The position numbers and the translations under genes are program-made. From the NCBI GenBank assembly GCA_034521595.1, contig JAXHMG010000003.1, forward strand, positions 1,152,001 through 1,216,000: 64,000 nucleotides of DNA. Direction: 5' to 3'. The DNA comes from Gemmatimonadota bacterium (lineage in GTDB: Bacteria > Gemmatimonadota > Gemmatimonadetes > Longimicrobiales > Gaopeijiaceae). Below, one piece after another: positions 62,828 through 64,000 of the stretch (positions are counted from its first letter, which is position 1; every line of letters starts with the position of its first letter). The notes under the pieces were generated by a model that made no database searches, was not told the origin of the DNA, and worked only from the letters and a program-made list of their open reading frames with translations.

Positions 62828-62856
62828 AAGCTAACGGCCCCCGGGGCGGCCTTCAA
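62828..62856 (-). promoter_or_regulatory. Putative sigma70-type promoter of the DUF512-der operon
   Basis: Minus strand TTGAAG-N17-TAGCTT. Confidence 0.55.
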
Positions 62857-62985
62857 TTCGGGACGACCGACCTGTATTGACCGATCCCTGAGGGCTATCT
62901 CAGCTTTCCGGTTGGGAACATTTTCGTCGGAATTGCCTTCTACTGGCACAGCGTCGCCAGCTCAAGCCGGTCGAGATTGCCCCCC

Positions 62986-64000
62986 ATGAATACGACGAAG
63001 ACGCATCTCCGTGGTGCCCTGACCGTGCTCGCGGTTACGGGATTCTTCTCCGCCTGCGAGCAGGTCGAGCAAGTCCAGGACCAGTTCAGGGACCTCACGC
63101 CTCACGAACGCTATCAAGCTTCCCTGGACCAGGCGGGTCTCGCCGAGACGGCACTCGCACGGGAGTGGAGCGAAGCTGGCGCGCGGGCGGTCGATGAGCC
63201 GTTGTCCATTTCACTGCCGTACGAGGAACGCGGTTTCATCTCGCCCGACGACCCGGACGCGATGGGATACCTGGTGGAGATTCCCCGTGGAAGGAGGCTC
63301 ACGGCGGAAGTGAGCCTCGACACCGAGGAGGGCACCCGTGTTTTCGTCGATTTGTTCCGGGTGGCCGCGGACGAAGAGGACCCGGCTCGCCCCCTTATTT
63401 CGACCGATTCGATCCCCGGTGCCATCACGCACGAACCGTGGCGTGGCGGCGAGTTCGTCCTACGCCTGCAACCGGAGCTCCTGCGCGGGGGGCAATATAC
63501 GGTCACGCTACGGCTTGAAGCACAGCTGACGTTCCCGGTGGACGGCCACGGGGTCCGTGCTGTCCAGAGTCGCTTCGGAGTGCCGAGAGAGGGTGGGAGG
63601 CGATCCCATAACGGCGTGGATATTTTCGCGCCGCGAGGCACTCCGGTCCTCGCCGCCGCCGAAGGCAGGGTGCGTCGAGTGGAAGTCACCAACCTCGGTG
63701 GAAAAGTGGTTTGGTTGAGGGACCCCGCGCGGAACGCGAACCTCTACTACGCTCACCTGGACAGCCAGCACGTGAGCGACGGGCAACGAGTAGCATCGGG
63801 GGACACGGTCGGGTTTGTCGGAAACACCGGAAACGCCCGCACGACCCCGCCTCATCTCCATTTCGGGCTGTACCGTCGCGGGGAAGGTCCCGTGGATCCC
63901 TTCCCTTTTCTCGACCCGCCCCCGGAGGTGATGCCGGAGATGACCGGCGACCTCGACCGGTTGGGATCCTGGGTGCGCGTGGAGTCCGACGGAATTCACC
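62986..64000 (+). CDS. M23 family metallopeptidase lipoprotein (runs off window end; absent from ORF track)
   Basis: Manual translation: MNTTKTHLRGALTVLAVTGFFSAC lipobox; HNGVDIFAPRGTPV, YYAHLD, GNTGNA, PHLHF. Confidence 0.88.
   Translation, partial: MNTTKTHLRGALTVLAVTGFFSACEQVEQVQDQFRDLTPHERYQASLDQAGLAETALAREWSEAGARAVDEPLSISLPYEERGFISPDDPDAMGYLVEIPRGRRLTAEVSLDTEEGTRVFVDLFRVAADEEDPARPLISTDSIPGAITHEPWRGGEFVLRLQPELLRGGQYTVTLRLEAQLTFPVDGHGVRAVQSRFGVPREGGRRSHNGVDIFAPRGTPVLAAAEGRVRRVEVTNLGGKVVWLRDPARNANLYYAHLDSQHVSDGQRVASGDTVGFVGNTGNARTTPPHLHFGLYRRGEGPVDPFPFLDPPPEVMPEMTGDLDRLGSWVRVESDGIH

Noticed and set aside
62943..62958. CTGGCACAGCGTCGC as a sigma54 promoter for the M23 gene
   Set aside because: GG-to-GC spacing is 9 nt rather than the required 10, and there is no TT before GC

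Overview
High-GC, gene-dense core chromosome segment from a diderm, LPS-making bacterium. Gene order and protein style suggest Gemmatimonadota, but that is an inference only. From left to right it holds: the end of a complex I operon (nuoD-N); a phosphomannomutase; a UPF0182 protein; sucCD-CBS-ndk-yceD-rpmF-plsX-fabHDG-acpP-fabF; ispF-dedA-xerD; an S41 protease divergent from a fused glutamine-dependent NAD synthetase and an orphan trpG/pabA; a long coupled operon kdsB-pyrG-kdsACD-lptCAB-rpoN that runs into a GT2/WecB/GT4/YfhO(GT-C)/flippase-like/Dpm1-like/methyltransferase glycosylation module; CYTH and rlpA; a clear dif site (50320-50347) where gene orientation flips; a TPR protein, DUF423, cobB and a DUF5916-like outer-membrane protein; tRNA-Arg(CCT) with two small downstream ORFs; DUF512-der-plsY-gpsA-merR-surE-pcm-yqaA; and a truncated M23 lipoprotein. 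I saw no transposase, prophage or CRISPR array. The most notable signals are non-coding: the dif site with a variant XerD arm, a symmetric back-to-back sigma54 element, a sigma54 motif lying on the sigma70 start of the operon containing rpoN, and a recurring TAGCTT -10 box. The GT-C glycosylation module has no identifiable acceptor.
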